From Bacteroidales bacterium (lineage in GTDB: Bacteria > Bacteroidota > Bacteroidia > Bacteroidales > WCHB1-69), in the NCBI GenBank assembly GCA_017454945.1, contig JAFTCA010000121.1:118-64117 (forward strand): a DNA stretch of 64,000 nt. Reading direction: 5' to 3'. How positions within the stretch are numbered: position 1 is the stretch's first letter; each line of letters opens with the position of its first letter. This document shows positions 7,615-18,315 of the stretch, piece after piece. Below the pieces are notes generated by a model, which was not told where the DNA came from, did not search any database, and worked only from the letters and a program-made list of their open reading frames with translations. Made by a program: the position numbers and the translations under genes.

Positions 7615-10428
7615 TTACCGACGGGCAGCGTCTATCAGTTTGTTGCCTTCGGCGCGAGCGTTGTCCACCAGTTTGTTGGCTTTCTTCTGCGTTTCGGCGT
7701 TCAACTGGGCTGCTTTCTTTTCGGCCTCGGCAATCGCCAGGTTGGCGGCCGTCTGCTTGGCAGCCTTCTCCAGCGGGTTCTTGGCGGCATCTATCGACTT
7801 CTGCGCCTCGGTGCGGGCGGCCTCAATCAGCTTCTCGCCTGCTTTGCGCTGTGCCTCCACCAACTCATCGGCCTTCTGCTGGGCAGCGGCAATCAACTCG
7901 TCGGCCTTCTTCTGAGCCTCCTCAATGGCCTTGGCCTTCGCCTCGTCCACCTTCTCCTTCACCTGCGTCTTGGCATCATCCACCACACCAGCCACGGCCT
8001 CCTTCATCGTCGAGCGGGCCTGGTCGAGTCCTACCGAAACCGTGGGCTTGTTGAGCGTGCCACCAATCTTAACAGCAAACTTGACCTCATCCAACGAAGA
8101 GGCGTCAAAACCTTTAAGTTTGGCCTTCTGTGCCAGCGATTTGGCCAAGTTGACCGTCTCGGTGCCCATCACCGACGAGGGCATCGTCACTACAGCCGTG
8201 TAATTCAGCGACTTGTCCAAGCCGATACTACCAGTCTCCACATCCACTTTTCCTTGCGACATCTTGAACGAGAAAGGTTGTGTAATCATCTTACCGTCCT
8301 TCACCTTGTATTTCACCTGCGCACCTTTGATGGGAACAGCTTTCACATTAGCCAGCTTCAACGCCTCGTTAATCATTTTGAGCGTGCCGCTGTTCATGAA
8401 TTGTATGTCAAGCAGGCCCAGCGTGCCTTCGGCACTCATGGTTTGGTAATCTATCGCCATAGTCTCATCCAAGAAACTGTTGGCCTTCATGGTCATCGAG
8501 ATGTTACCTGCGGCCGTCTTGAACACGGGCAGGAACTTATCGAACAGATGGAAACTCTCGCACAACTGACGTGCCGAAATATTCGACACACTTAAACTGG
8601 TCACATCTGCAAGTCCTTGGTTATAATCCGGATTGGAATAGGCGCCGTCGGCCTTGATGCTACCCGAGAAGAGGTCGGCCGACAACTGCTGAACGTGCAA
8701 CTTCGCATCGCGGATAGAACACAATAACACAGCATTTTGCATCTTCACATCATCATACTGCAAATTCTTCACATTCATCTTGGCTGTCATATCCAGATTG
8801 GCGGGCACCTTGAACAGCGATTGCGACGTAGTGTCGGAAGTCGTATTGTCAGCTTCTTCATCACTGGCAAACAACTCATTAATATTCAACCTGTTGGAAT
8901 TAGCCGTCAACGACCCTTTCAGAGTGCCGTTGCTGAAGATATAGGGTATATAGTTTTCCACTTTTCCCTTAATTGAGAAGTCGTTCTTACCCACCTTGGC
9001 ATTCAGGTTCTGCAAATCGGCGTAAGCTGACGTGAATTGCAACTTAGCCGTCGATACAGCCACATCCTGGTCAAACAAGTCCACATTCTGCATCAGCAAA
9101 TCCTTGACAGACATCACACCCGACGCTTTGAACTTGTTGTATTGCTTCTTTTCCAGATAGGAAAGGCGACCGGCCAATGAGACATCCATATTGAAGATAC
9201 CGCTCATCTTCTGTGTTGCCTCCAACGGATAAACCTTCTTGATTTGGCTCAAGTCGAGGATACCCTTCAGCGTGGCGGCCACATCGGGGTCGGAAATGGG
9301 CGTGGCAACATGGGCAGTTAAATCAAACGGATTGTTGATGATGACAAAGTGGAACTGGCGAATGTCGGCCACCATCTTGTCGAGACTGCCGCCAGGACTC
9401 TTCACCTCAGCGTCGATGTTAATCTTATCGACCGAAGCGGGCAGCGACGGGTAGCGGAACATAGCGTCACTGATTTTCAAATTGGCATCGAACGACGGAT
9501 AGGTATCGCCCACCATCTTACCTTTGGCAAAGGCCGTCAGGGCCACCTTGCCCGAGGTCTTGATATCCTCGAAATTCTTGGCGTAGATAGCAGGAATAAG
9601 GGAGATGATATTCTTGAAATCGTTCTTGGGCAAATTCAACTTAAGATCCATATCCATACCATTCTTAAGCATGGTTACCCATCCTTGCAGACTGAATACC
9701 AGCGCATTGATAGAAATCTCATTGTCCTTTACTGTATATTTTTTCTTGTTGAAATCGGCATCGATGGCGGCTTTCAGTTTCAGTTTGGCCGACGACAAAT
9801 ACTTGATTCCGTTGTATTTAAAGTCAACCGACGGCGTTGTGAAAGCAGTTTGCAACGTGGTAAAGTCGCTGGAGAGGTTGCCGCTGAGCGAGAAGTCGAG
9901 GTCCTTCACTTTGGCAGACATATTGCCAGGCACATCCTTGTAGGAAATGTTGGCGTTGTTCAGCACAATCTTGTCAAACTTAAGGTTGAAATGACTCTCG
10001 CCATCATCCTTCTTTTCATCGTCGTTTTTCATAATATCCCAGTTGGAGCCTTTGGCCGTGGTGATAAGGTTCACTTTGGGATTATTGATAATCACTTTTT
10101 TGATTTTATAGGTATCTGAGAAGATACTAAAAAGGTTGACACTGGCCATGAAATCATCCACTTTGAGCAATGTAACGCCCTTAAACTGACCCACATTCTC
10201 CACAGTTACACCCTTCAGCACCAGCGTAGGATTGGGGAAAGTGCGGAACAGCGACAAGTGAAAGTTTTCCATCGTCACCTTGGCGTTCAGAAAGCGATCC
10301 GACTCTTTCAGCACGCGCTGTGCGATTTTATTTTGGAAACAGAGAGGCAACACCAGCAGCAATACCAAAATGCCAAGCAGCGAAAAACCTCCTATCATCA
10401 AACCTTTTTTCAGTTTTTTATTTTTCAT
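7615..10428 (-). CDS. AsmA family protein
   Basis: 937 aa. N-terminal TM anchor, Bacteroidota AsmA-type N-terminus (LSLFRTFPNPTL..., NWDIMK), beta-rich body and Ala/Lys/Glu-rich helical C-terminus. Confidence 0.85.
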   Translation of the reverse strand: MKNKKLKKGLMIGGFSLLGILVLLLVLPLCFQNKIAQRVLKESDRFLNAKVTMENFHLSLFRTFPNPTLVLKGVTVENVGQFKGVTLLKVDDFMASVNLFSIFSDTYKIKKVIINNPKVNLITTAKGSNWDIMKNDDEKKDDGESHFNLKFDKIVLNNANISYKDVPGNMSAKVKDLDFSLSGNLSSDFTTLQTAFTTPSVDFKYNGIKYLSSAKLKLKAAIDADFNKKKYTVKDNEISINALVFSLQGWVTMLKNGMDMDLKLNLPKNDFKNIISLIPAIYAKNFEDIKTSGKVALTAFAKGKMVGDTYPSFDANLKISDAMFRYPSLPASVDKINIDAEVKSPGGSLDKMVADIRQFHFVIINNPFDLTAHVATPISDPDVAATLKGILDLSQIKKVYPLEATQKMSGIFNMDVSLAGRLSYLEKKQYNKFKASGVMSVKDLLMQNVDLFDQDVAVSTAKLQFTSAYADLQNLNAKVGKNDFSIKGKVENYIPYIFSNGTLKGSLTANSNRLNINELFASDEEADNTTSDTTSQSLFKVPANLDMTAKMNVKNLQYDDVKMQNAVLLCSIRDAKLHVQQLSADLFSGSIKADGAYSNPDYNQGLADVTSLSVSNISARQLCESFHLFDKFLPVFKTAAGNISMTMKANSFLDETMAIDYQTMSAEGTLGLLDIQFMNSGTLKMINEALKLANVKAVPIKGAQVKYKVKDGKMITQPFSFKMSQGKVDVETGSIGLDKSLNYTAVVTMPSSVMGTETVNLAKSLAQKAKLKGFDASSLDEVKFAVKIGGTLNKPTVSVGLDQARSTMKEAVAGVVDDAKTQVKEKVDEAKAKAIEEAQKKADELIAAAQQKADELVEAQRKAGEKLIEAARTEAQKSIDAAKNPLEKAAKQTAANLAIAEAEKKAAQLNAETQKKANKLVDNARAEGNKLIDAARR

Positions 10429-10579
10429 AATATTATGATTTTAAATCAATTACATCCAAAACATCCTTTATAACGGAAGCGCTTTAACAAAACGCAAAAT
10501 TACATTTTTAAAAGTTATGTTTTAAAAAAATCCAACTTAAAAAAACACCTGTAGAATAAGAAGCCAAAGACCCTACCCT

Positions 10580-10607
10580 TTTGAATTCTGAAATTTGAAT
10601 TTTAAAC
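10580..10607. repeat. 7-nt-period degenerate tandem repeat (TTTGAAT family)
   Basis: tttgaat-tctgaaa-tttgaat-tttaaac, in the divergent asmA/ftsQ intergenic region. Confidence 0.55.
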
Positions 10608-10756
10608 TCTTATTTCCTTCAATAACCTATTAAACATAAAAATAATAGGTCTAATAATTAACATTAGGTTGTGGAGTTTTATATAACAATGAAGTTCAGC
10701 CTCGCCCGAAATAGTTATTACTTTTGTATTCTTGATAGATTTGCGAAAAAGAAGAG

Positions 10757-11527
10757 ATGCTTAAGAAGATTTTACGTAAGATTATTCCCGTCCTTCTAGT
10801 CATTGGCGTGCTGGTACTTATTGTGCTGTCATTCATACACATGCGCAATAGGGAATGTGGCGATATCAAAGTCACTGTCCAATATGCGGGCTTGAGCAAT
10901 CCTGTGTCACAAGAGGATATCATAGCGATGATAGAACGTGGAGGCATCGCCACTGTCGGCATTCCCCTAAAGGAAATCAACACCGACTCGATACGGCTGC
11001 TGCTGTCCACCCACCCTTACATCCGCGAGGTGGACAAGATCAGGTTCATTGGGAAAACGTTGAGTATCAATCTGATTGCCAAAGACTTCCTTTTGCATGT
11101 CTATCCCTCTGTGGGTGAACAGTTTTTCATCAGCAACGAAGGTGAGATATTGCCTTACAGCGACAAGGTGCAAGAGCGGCTGATCATCGTCAACGGCTTC
11201 ATTAACAAGAAATACAAAGTGGGCAGCAACATCACATGGCTCAAAAAATCACCCATGCTATCGGCCTACAACATTGCCCATGCCATCCAGCAAAACGAAT
11301 TTGCAAAAGTCCAATTTCGGCAAATCTATATAAATGAAAATCAAGAAATTGAGCTAATCCCGTCCGTAGGCAGGTTAACCGTCCTTTTCGGGGATGACAC
11401 CGATGCGGCCGAGAAGCTGGTGCACCTTCGGGAAGTGTATCGCAACGGGCTGATTTACACCAACATCAACCAATATACGCAACTGGACGTGCGTTTTAAG
11501 AACAGAGTCATCGCAAAAAAAAGATAA
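10757..11527 (+). CDS. ftsQ: cell division protein FtsQ (Bacteroidota type)
   Basis: N-terminal TM segment, POTRA-like region, C-terminal IELIPSVG..VLFG...YTQLDVRFKNRVIAKK. Directly upstream of ftsA. Confidence 0.8.
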   Translation: MLKKILRKIIPVLLVIGVLVLIVLSFIHMRNRECGDIKVTVQYAGLSNPVSQEDIIAMIERGGIATVGIPLKEINTDSIRLLLSTHPYIREVDKIRFIGKTLSINLIAKDFLLHVYPSVGEQFFISNEGEILPYSDKVQERLIIVNGFINKKYKVGSNITWLKKSPMLSAYNIAHAIQQNEFAKVQFRQIYINENQEIELIPSVGRLTVLFGDDTDAAEKLVHLREVYRNGLIYTNINQYTQLDVRFKNRVIAKKR

Positions 11528-11548
11528 ACTAATTAAAATCAAAACAAT

Positions 11549-12916
11549 ATGGAAGAACGCATACCTTCTGAACCTAAAATTGTCGTTGGCTTAGACATCG
11601 GCACCACCAAGATTGCCACCATCATCGGCTACAAAAATGAAAGTGGAAAAATAGATGTGCTTGGCTACGGCAAGGGCGAATCCACGGGCGTACAGCACGG
11701 CCTCATTCTCAACATCACCAAGACCATCAACGGCATCAACACCTCGAAAGATTTGGCATTGAAACGTGCCGGCAAAGAGACGGAAGACATCAATGGCAAG
11801 GTGTTCGTCGGCGTAGCTGGTCGTCATATCAAGAGTTTCGAGTACAAGCACAGCATCATCCGCAACAAAAAGGCGGGCGACGTGATTGAGGAAGAGGAAA
11901 TCAACAACATGATTCACGAGATTGAGCGCATCCAAGTGGCTCCTGGTGAAGAGATTATCACCGTCATTCCTCAGCGTTTCATCATCGACGACAAAGACGA
12001 AACCAACGAACCCGTCGGCATGCTGGGACGCACCATTTGCGGCTACTTCCAAATCATCACGGGCAACAAGAGCGAGATAGACAAGATTCTGCAATGCGTC
12101 AACGCCACAGGACTGCATATCGAAGATATCACCTTAGAGCCTATCGCCTCTTCCATGTCGTGCCTTACCGAGGAGGAAAAAGAGCACGGCGTAGTACTGA
12201 TTGACATCGGCGGCGGCACCACCGACATTGCCATCTACCACAAAGGCAATCCCGTCTTCACCAAAGTCATCCCCATCGGCGGCAACGTCATCACTTCCGA
12301 CATCGCCCAGATTTGCAAAATCACCGATGAGATGGCCGAGAAACTGAAAATCCGCTTCGGCACCTGCTTTGTGGATAAGAGCGACTCGAACAACCACATC
12401 GACATACCTCAATTCGGTCATCCTGAACCTGTTGAGATTACGGAGACCTACCTCGCCCAAATCATTTACGCCCGCGTAAATGAGATTTTGGAAAAGGTAA
12501 AATCGGAAATCGCCAATTCGGGCTACGCCCACAAGATTCAGACCAACATTGTGCTGACCGGTGGCGGCGCTATGCTGAAAGACTTGCGCGACCTGTGCCA
12601 GTTCACGCTGTCGATGCCCACCCGCATCGGCATTCCCGACAAGGGCTTTGTAAGCACTATCGCCAAAGAGTTGAAACACCCCATCTACTCCACATCCATG
12701 GGTTTATTGAAATATGGCATCCAATATTTCGAGAAAAAGAAAGCGCACAACGAAGAGCCCACATGGTCGGAGGAAGAACCTCAAAAACCTAATAAAAACA
12801 AAGACAAAGGGAAAGGCGATAACAATCGGAAGCCTTCTGGCGTAAAACCCAGAGACATGTGGGAAAAGATACAGGAATTCTTCAAAAAACTTTTGATTGA
12901 GGACGAAACAGCCTAA
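11549..12916 (+). CDS. ftsA: cell division protein FtsA
   Basis: VGLDIGTTKI, LIDIGGGTTD, IGGNVITSDI and VLTGGGA motifs, with a C-terminal amphipathic tail. Confidence 0.97.
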   Translation: MEERIPSEPKIVVGLDIGTTKIATIIGYKNESGKIDVLGYGKGESTGVQHGLILNITKTINGINTSKDLALKRAGKETEDINGKVFVGVAGRHIKSFEYKHSIIRNKKAGDVIEEEEINNMIHEIERIQVAPGEEIITVIPQRFIIDDKDETNEPVGMLGRTICGYFQIITGNKSEIDKILQCVNATGLHIEDITLEPIASSMSCLTEEEKEHGVVLIDIGGGTTDIAIYHKGNPVFTKVIPIGGNVITSDIAQICKITDEMAEKLKIRFGTCFVDKSDSNNHIDIPQFGHPEPVEITETYLAQIIYARVNEILEKVKSEIANSGYAHKIQTNIVLTGGGAMLKDLRDLCQFTLSMPTRIGIPDKGFVSTIAKELKHPIYSTSMGLLKYGIQYFEKKKAHNEEPTWSEEEPQKPNKNKDKGKGDNNRKPSGVKPRDMWEKIQEFFKKLLIEDETA

Positions 12917-12943
12917 TCACAAAGACTCATCCTACCCCAAAAA

Positions 12944-12977
12944 AATGTAGCGACGCGCCAAGGCACGTCGCTACATT
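12944..12977. repeat. REP-like palindrome between convergent genes
   Basis: aatgtagcgacg-cgccaaggca-cgtcgctacatt, with 12-bp arms and a GTAG-type end. Confidence 0.7.
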
Positions 12978-12999
12978 ATATTATATAGAAGGCCCAATC

Positions 13000-13743
13000 C
13001 TATTCGTAAACGAATTTCAGATTATCGATATAGAGGGTTGAACCAACCTGTCCTTGACACTCTTGCAGTTTGCTGAAGTCGTAGCATGCACTGGCAATGA
13101 ACAACAGCTTGAGGTGCGTGGCATTGGCTGAAGGATCGGTGTAATTCAGCGTCAGCGTGAAGGGAGTCCACTCTGAAACGGTATTCTTCTCTTTCAACAA
13201 TGCCGAAGCGATTTCCTTATTGCCGCTGTAAATGGCCATATCAATCACGGCCGAGTCACCGTTCACAGGTTCATATTTATAATAGCCTGTCAAAGCCACC
13301 GGCTTATAGGTAAAATCTTTCTTGATGGAAATACCACCCGTATTGAGGAATTCGCCTACGCAATCGCGACTGATAGTACCGAAAGCGCCGGGCACGAGAA
13401 TCATACCACTCAAGTCGGCGGTGACTAACTTAATGGCATATTGGCCATCTTGTGCATCGTTGGTACGGAAAGCGGTCAGCTTGCCAGGCAGTGGATCATC
13501 GGGCAGCTCGTACAAAATGTTCAATGTGGTGAAGGCAGCCGTTTTGAAATCCAAATATTTGCCTTTTTCGGCGGTGAATTCCACCCAACTGTTTTCAAAG
13601 CTGCCATCGGGAAGCTGGTCGATGAAGGGTTCTTCCTGAGTAGTAGTAGAGTCTACTGGTTCAGGTTTGGGTTCTGGTTCAGGTTTGTGACACCCTACAA
13701 TAGCGAAGGCCATCACTACTAATAACAAGAAACTTTTTTTCAT
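13000..13743 (-). CDS. PCMD-domain (putative carbohydrate metabolism domain) lipoprotein
   Basis: Lipobox IVGC, Pro/Glu linker, GSFENSW, PVALTGYYKY, EWTPF and GSTLYIDNL motifs. Confidence 0.8.
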   Translation of the reverse strand: MKKSFLLLVVMAFAIVGCHKPEPEPKPEPVDSTTTQEEPFIDQLPDGSFENSWVEFTAEKGKYLDFKTAAFTTLNILYELPDDPLPGKLTAFRTNDAQDGQYAIKLVTADLSGMILVPGAFGTISRDCVGEFLNTGGISIKKDFTYKPVALTGYYKYEPVNGDSAVIDMAIYSGNKEIASALLKEKNTVSEWTPFTLTLNYTDPSANATHLKLLFIASACYDFSKLQECQGQVGSTLYIDNLKFVYE

Positions 13744-13773
13744 ATCAATAAGGTTTTATTGGTTTTCAATTAC

Positions 13774-16230
13774 TTAGTTAAGATTATACTTGAATTGCAG
13801 CGTAAAGGTGCGCGGCGGCTCAAGGTACATGGGACGAAGCGTATAATCGTTGTTGAAAATGTTCTTCACGATGAACGCCAGGCTGACGGTTTCGGAGAAG
13901 GAGTAGCTGATACGTGCATCGAACGTGAGCGAACCGTTCTTATGTGCCTCACAGTAGTTGTAGAAACCGCGGAATGGCAAGTCACCCAGTTGTGCCAGCA
14001 TCTGACGACGCATAGGCGACAGATTGGGATTATCCATATCATAATCGAAGAAGAACTTGTCCACATTCTTCATGGCGCTGTAATAGGAAGCCGACGCACC
14101 GATCTTGAATTTCTTCCAGAAGGTGAATTCCACATCTATCTTGGCCATGTGCTCAATTCTGTATTTCAGCACACTGCGTGAAGTGTCGGAAGATGAGTTA
14201 GCAAAGGTGTAGTCGCGACCGCGGTGGGTGTAATAGACACGGTTGCGCTCTTTGGCCACAGGATTGCTGTAGGTGTAGCTCAACATGAGCGACATGGCCA
14301 CTTTATCGGAGATGTCGCCACCGCCCATCAGCGAGAAATCGACGCCGCTGATGCGGGCAGGACCCGTATTCAGGAAGATGAAGCCCATGTTGTCGAGCAC
14401 ATTGTCGGAATTGCCCCACGGACCCATGGCGAACTCTATGTAGTTCTTGTAGTTCTGATGATAGAGAGCCACGTCAATAGCACCCAGGAAGGATTCGGCA
14501 ATCTTGAAGGGTTGCATAATGCCGAACTCAACATTCCAGCTGGTTTCCGATATCAACTGAGGATTGGGATAGAAGCCGTAGCGGCCCACATTGATGGCAA
14601 TGAAACGCTCGCCAATACTGGGATAGCGGTAACCTTGGCCAAACGACGCACGGAAGGCCGTTTTCGACCGCCAAATCTGATAGTTGATACCTGCCCTGAA
14701 GACGGGTTTGTGCTCAAACTCATTCTCCAACTTGTAGAACTCCCAGCGGCCACCCAGCAACAGTTTCAAGTTGCGGTTGCGAAGCAGGCTCTCCTCCAAC
14801 TGGGCGTACATCGCAAAGTTGTCGGAATACATCCTCACAGGACTGTCGGAGAAGTTGTCGCCATTGAAGCAACGACCATACGATTGGGCGTAAATATTCA
14901 TGGCGCCGGCTACAATGTTGAGGCCGATACGCGTGATGTTCTTGTTGTACTGGTACTCATCATAAACCAGTATTGAGCTGGCATCCTGCGCACCCGACTC
15001 CTCGGCATTGTTGCTATAAGTGATACGGTTGCGGAACGAGTGCACCGAACCTTTGGGACTTACATATTTGATAACAGGGTCAAGGTAGAAAGTAAAATCG
15101 TGGAAGTGCGACAGCGAGCCCTTGTACGTACGATAGCGGTTGGTGTCGCCATCAAACCAGAAGAACGACTGGGCATTGTCGGAGTACATGAAGTTACCAT
15201 TCAAGCTGATTGACAAGCCCTTCACTTTCTCGAAACGGTAACGGGTGGTGAAGTTGAAACGGCCACGGCGTTCAAACTTGCCCTTCGAGCTGCCGTTCTT
15301 GTCGCGAGTGACGGAAATGCGCTCTTCGGGACCGATATAGCCTTGGTCATCAAAATATTCGCCACCGATAATCAAGTCGAAATTCTTCTTGATGATGCGC
15401 GAATGCATAAAGCTGGCGCCAAACTTGATGGGATTGTGGTGAATCCAGCTGGTGGCATATTTGTCTGACGGGCGCGAGTACATGCCGGCGAACACAGTCA
15501 CTTTGGTGGTGGGCTTTGAACGCGGATAGGCGGTCAGCACGTTGATGGCGCCTGTCAGTGCCGACGAGCCAAACACAACAGAGGCGGCACCTTTGAGCAC
15601 GTCAACCTGCTCGACACACTCCATAGGGATGAAGTTCCACATAGGACGACCGGCATCGGCACGCAGCATGGGAATGTCATCCAACAAGATCATCACACGG
15701 CTGCCCAAACCAGAGCTAAAGCCGCTGCCACCGCGAATCTGAGGTTCATTGTCAACCACGGCCACGCCGCCGCCATTATTCAGCAACTCATCCACCGAAT
15801 TGATGTTCTTATCCTCAAATTTCTTGGCATCCAAAACCACCAGCGAACTGGTTGAGGTCTCGGGGTTGTTCTCATATTTCGATGACACCACATTGACCTG
15901 ATCCAACACTTGCGCCTCCGAATTCAACTTGACATCCAACTTTATCTCACGCTGGCGAGCGGTGAATATTACCACGCGCTTCATTGAGGAATAAGTGGGC
16001 GACATAAACTCTATGGTACAAGTATCTTGGGGAATCGAAATCCTATAGCTGCCGTTGATGTCGGCAAACTGGATCTCGCTTAAACAATCGGCCTTGATTT
16101 GTGCGTACGGCAGAGCCACTCCTTCCGCAGCATCTTTTACCGTACCTTTTAAAATGTTCTGTGCTTGTATATTTAAGCCAATAACTACACTTAATAGTAG
16201 TATGAGTAAGGAGTATATTGGTCTTCTCAT
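13774..16230 (-). CDS. TonB-dependent receptor
   Basis: Signal peptide, carboxypeptidase-regulatory-like N-domain, plug (EPQIRGGSG..SRVMILLD, EQVDVLKGAASVVFGSSALTGAINV), L..ETSWNVEFG, and a C-terminal PRTFTLQFKYNLN strand. Confidence 0.93.
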   Translation of the reverse strand: MRRPIYSLLILLLSVVIGLNIQAQNILKGTVKDAAEGVALPYAQIKADCLSEIQFADINGSYRISIPQDTCTIEFMSPTYSSMKRVVIFTARQREIKLDVKLNSEAQVLDQVNVVSSKYENNPETSTSSLVVLDAKKFEDKNINSVDELLNNGGGVAVVDNEPQIRGGSGFSSGLGSRVMILLDDIPMLRADAGRPMWNFIPMECVEQVDVLKGAASVVFGSSALTGAINVLTAYPRSKPTTKVTVFAGMYSRPSDKYATSWIHHNPIKFGASFMHSRIIKKNFDLIIGGEYFDDQGYIGPEERISVTRDKNGSSKGKFERRGRFNFTTRYRFEKVKGLSISLNGNFMYSDNAQSFFWFDGDTNRYRTYKGSLSHFHDFTFYLDPVIKYVSPKGSVHSFRNRITYSNNAEESGAQDASSILVYDEYQYNKNITRIGLNIVAGAMNIYAQSYGRCFNGDNFSDSPVRMYSDNFAMYAQLEESLLRNRNLKLLLGGRWEFYKLENEFEHKPVFRAGINYQIWRSKTAFRASFGQGYRYPSIGERFIAINVGRYGFYPNPQLISETSWNVEFGIMQPFKIAESFLGAIDVALYHQNYKNYIEFAMGPWGNSDNVLDNMGFIFLNTGPARISGVDFSLMGGGDISDKVAMSLMLSYTYSNPVAKERNRVYYTHRGRDYTFANSSSDTSRSVLKYRIEHMAKIDVEFTFWKKFKIGASASYYSAMKNVDKFFFDYDMDNPNLSPMRRQMLAQLGDLPFRGFYNYCEAHKNGSLTFDARISYSFSETVSLAFIVKNIFNNDYTLRPMYLEPPRTFTLQFKYNLN

Positions 16231-16330
16231 GTATCAGGTTTTAATGGACAAAATTTCTCACGCCTCTACCCTTCTGCACGCTAAAATTTTTTTCGGTGGC
16301 AAAAGTACGAAATTTTCACAATACATATTA

Positions 16331-16372
16331 TAAAAAAAGCTATTTAAGTTTTATAAAAACTCTTAAATAGCT
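16331..16372 (-). terminator. AT-rich intrinsic terminator after amn-holA
   Basis: 11-bp arms agctatttaag 16338-16348 / cttaaatagct 16362-16372, followed by a T run on the minus strand. Confidence 0.6.
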
Positions 16373-16404
16373 ATATTTCAATAAAATAAGAATATTAATA
16401 AATG

Positions 16405-17406
16405 TTAATTGGCAGGATGAAGAATTTTATAGATAAGTTCCTTAAGAAGGTCTTCCTGCGATGCTGAAGTATCCACACCTTTGGCTTTCACGTCGAATTC
16501 GCGAAGTATTGAAATGATGATCTTCAATTCAGCCATAGAATAGTGCTGTGCGGCCTCGGTATAGGTCTTTAAAACATAAGGATGCATATTGCCAAAGATC
16601 TCTTTGATGGACTCTTTGGATCTTACTGTATCAAACTGATATGCAAGCAATTTGGAATAATACGAATACAGTACACTGATTGTCTTTACATTAGGATTCT
16701 CCTTTTGGTTCTGACAGAAATTCAGGGCAATCTTATATGCTTTATTGACATTTCGTTCGCCGAGAGCATTCTGTAGTTCAAAAATATTGTATTCCTTGCT
16801 AATGCCGATATTTCTTTCAATAATCTCGGGAGTAATCTCACTATGTTCAGGCAGAATCACTTTCAGTTTTTGCAGTTCACTATCCACGCGCGACAAATCC
16901 TCACCGATATGTTCCGCCAGAATATTAGCTGCAATTTGAGTAATGGTGAAATTATATTTTTGCGTTTGTTTGATAATCCACGGAGGCATCTGATAATCAC
17001 GCAATTTTTCGGAAGTGAAGACAACACCATTTTTGTTAAACGGCTTCACCAAGTCGGCTTTGGCCTTGCCATATTTGTAACATAGCACCAGAATAGTTGA
17101 AGGAGAGGGATTTTCAGCATACGATGCTAACAAATTCAACTTTCCGATCAACTGTGCCTCTCTGACAATCACCACACGATAAGGCACGCCAAAAGGATAC
17201 TGCTTAGCATTGTCGATAACCATAGCACTATCCACCTCTCCGCCATAGAGCACCACCTGATTGAAATCGCGATCGGCCTCATCCATCACATTGGCTTCAA
17301 TAAAATCAGCCACTTGGTCAATATAATAGGCCTCCTCGCCATGCAACAGGTAAAGCGGCTTGTACTCCTTTTTCTTCAGTTGGGAAATAAGTTCGTCAGC
17401 AGTCAT
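16405..17406 (-). CDS. holA: DNA polymerase III subunit delta
   Basis: KKEYKPLYLLHGEEAYYIDQ, FNQVVLYG, AKQYPFG..YRVVIVREAQ, IGISKEYNIFELQNAL. Confidence 0.95.
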   Translation of the reverse strand: MTADELISQLKKKEYKPLYLLHGEEAYYIDQVADFIEANVMDEADRDFNQVVLYGGEVDSAMVIDNAKQYPFGVPYRVVIVREAQLIGKLNLLASYAENPSPSTILVLCYKYGKAKADLVKPFNKNGVVFTSEKLRDYQMPPWIIKQTQKYNFTITQIAANILAEHIGEDLSRVDSELQKLKVILPEHSEITPEIIERNIGISKEYNIFELQNALGERNVNKAYKIALNFCQNQKENPNVKTISVLYSYYSKLLAYQFDTVRSKESIKEIFGNMHPYVLKTYTEAAQHYSMAELKIIISILREFDVKAKGVDTSASQEDLLKELIYKILHPAN

Positions 17407-17417
17407 AAAACGAAAAA

Positions 17418-18197
17418 TTAGTAATAGTCGAAGCGAAGATGCTTAACGGCAAGTCCTTTATTGATAAGTTGTTTCAGCGAGTCGATACCGATACGGAGAT
17501 GTTCCTCGGCAAATTTGGCGGTCACCTCTTTATCCGAAGCTTCCGTCTTGATACCTTCCTCCAGCATCGGCTGGTCGGAGATGAGGAGCAGTGCGCCGGT
17601 GGGTATTCTGTTGTAAAAACCGACTGAGAAGAGCGTGGCGGTCTCCATATCGACAGCCGTGGCACGGATACCCGACAGATAGTCTTTGAACTGTTGGTCG
17701 TGTTCCCACACGCGGCGGTTGGTCGTATAGACGGTGCCCGTCCAGTAATCGCGGCCATATTCGCGGATGGTGGTCGAAATGGCCTTCTGCAGGTTGAAGG
17801 CGGGAAGCGCCGGCACTTCGGGCGGGAAGTAGTCGTTGGCGGTACCTTCACCACGGATGGCGGCGATGGGCAGCAGCAATTCGCCCTTGCCGATATACGA
17901 CTTCAGGCTGCCTGTCTTTCCCAGAAAGAGCACAGCCTTGGGCTTAATGGCCGTCAGCAGGTCCATGATAGTGGCCGCCATGGGACTGCCCATCGAGAAG
18001 TTGATGATGGTGATATTGTCCTTCGTAGCACTCTGCATCGGATTATCCAGACCGCGGACAGGCACATCCATAATGCGCGAGAAATTCTCGATATAATTCT
18101 TAAAATTGGTCAGAATAATATACTGACCGAACTCTTCCAACTGCAAGCCCGTATAACGAGGCAGCCAGTTCTCAACGATTTCCTGCTTTGTCTTCAT
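17418..18197 (-). CDS. amn: AMP nucleosidase (short Bacteroidota type)
   Basis: MKTKQEIVENWLPRYTG, INFSMGSPMAATIMDLL, AIRGEGT, VDMETATLF, LLISDQPM. Confidence 0.93.
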   Translation of the reverse strand: MKTKQEIVENWLPRYTGLQLEEFGQYIILTNFKNYIENFSRIMDVPVRGLDNPMQSATKDNITIINFSMGSPMAATIMDLLTAIKPKAVLFLGKTGSLKSYIGKGELLLPIAAIRGEGTANDYFPPEVPALPAFNLQKAISTTIREYGRDYWTGTVYTTNRRVWEHDQQFKDYLSGIRATAVDMETATLFSVGFYNRIPTGALLLISDQPMLEEGIKTEASDKEVTAKFAEEHLRIGIDSLKQLINKGLAVKHLRFDYY

Positions 18198-18315
18198 TAT
18201 CTTAAAATTACATTCCTAATGCCCAAAGGCACACTGGCAACAATGCCAAATAGTGCTGCAAATTTACGCCATTTTTTTATAAAAAACACTATCTTTGCAC
18301 ATTCAATTTTAAGAA

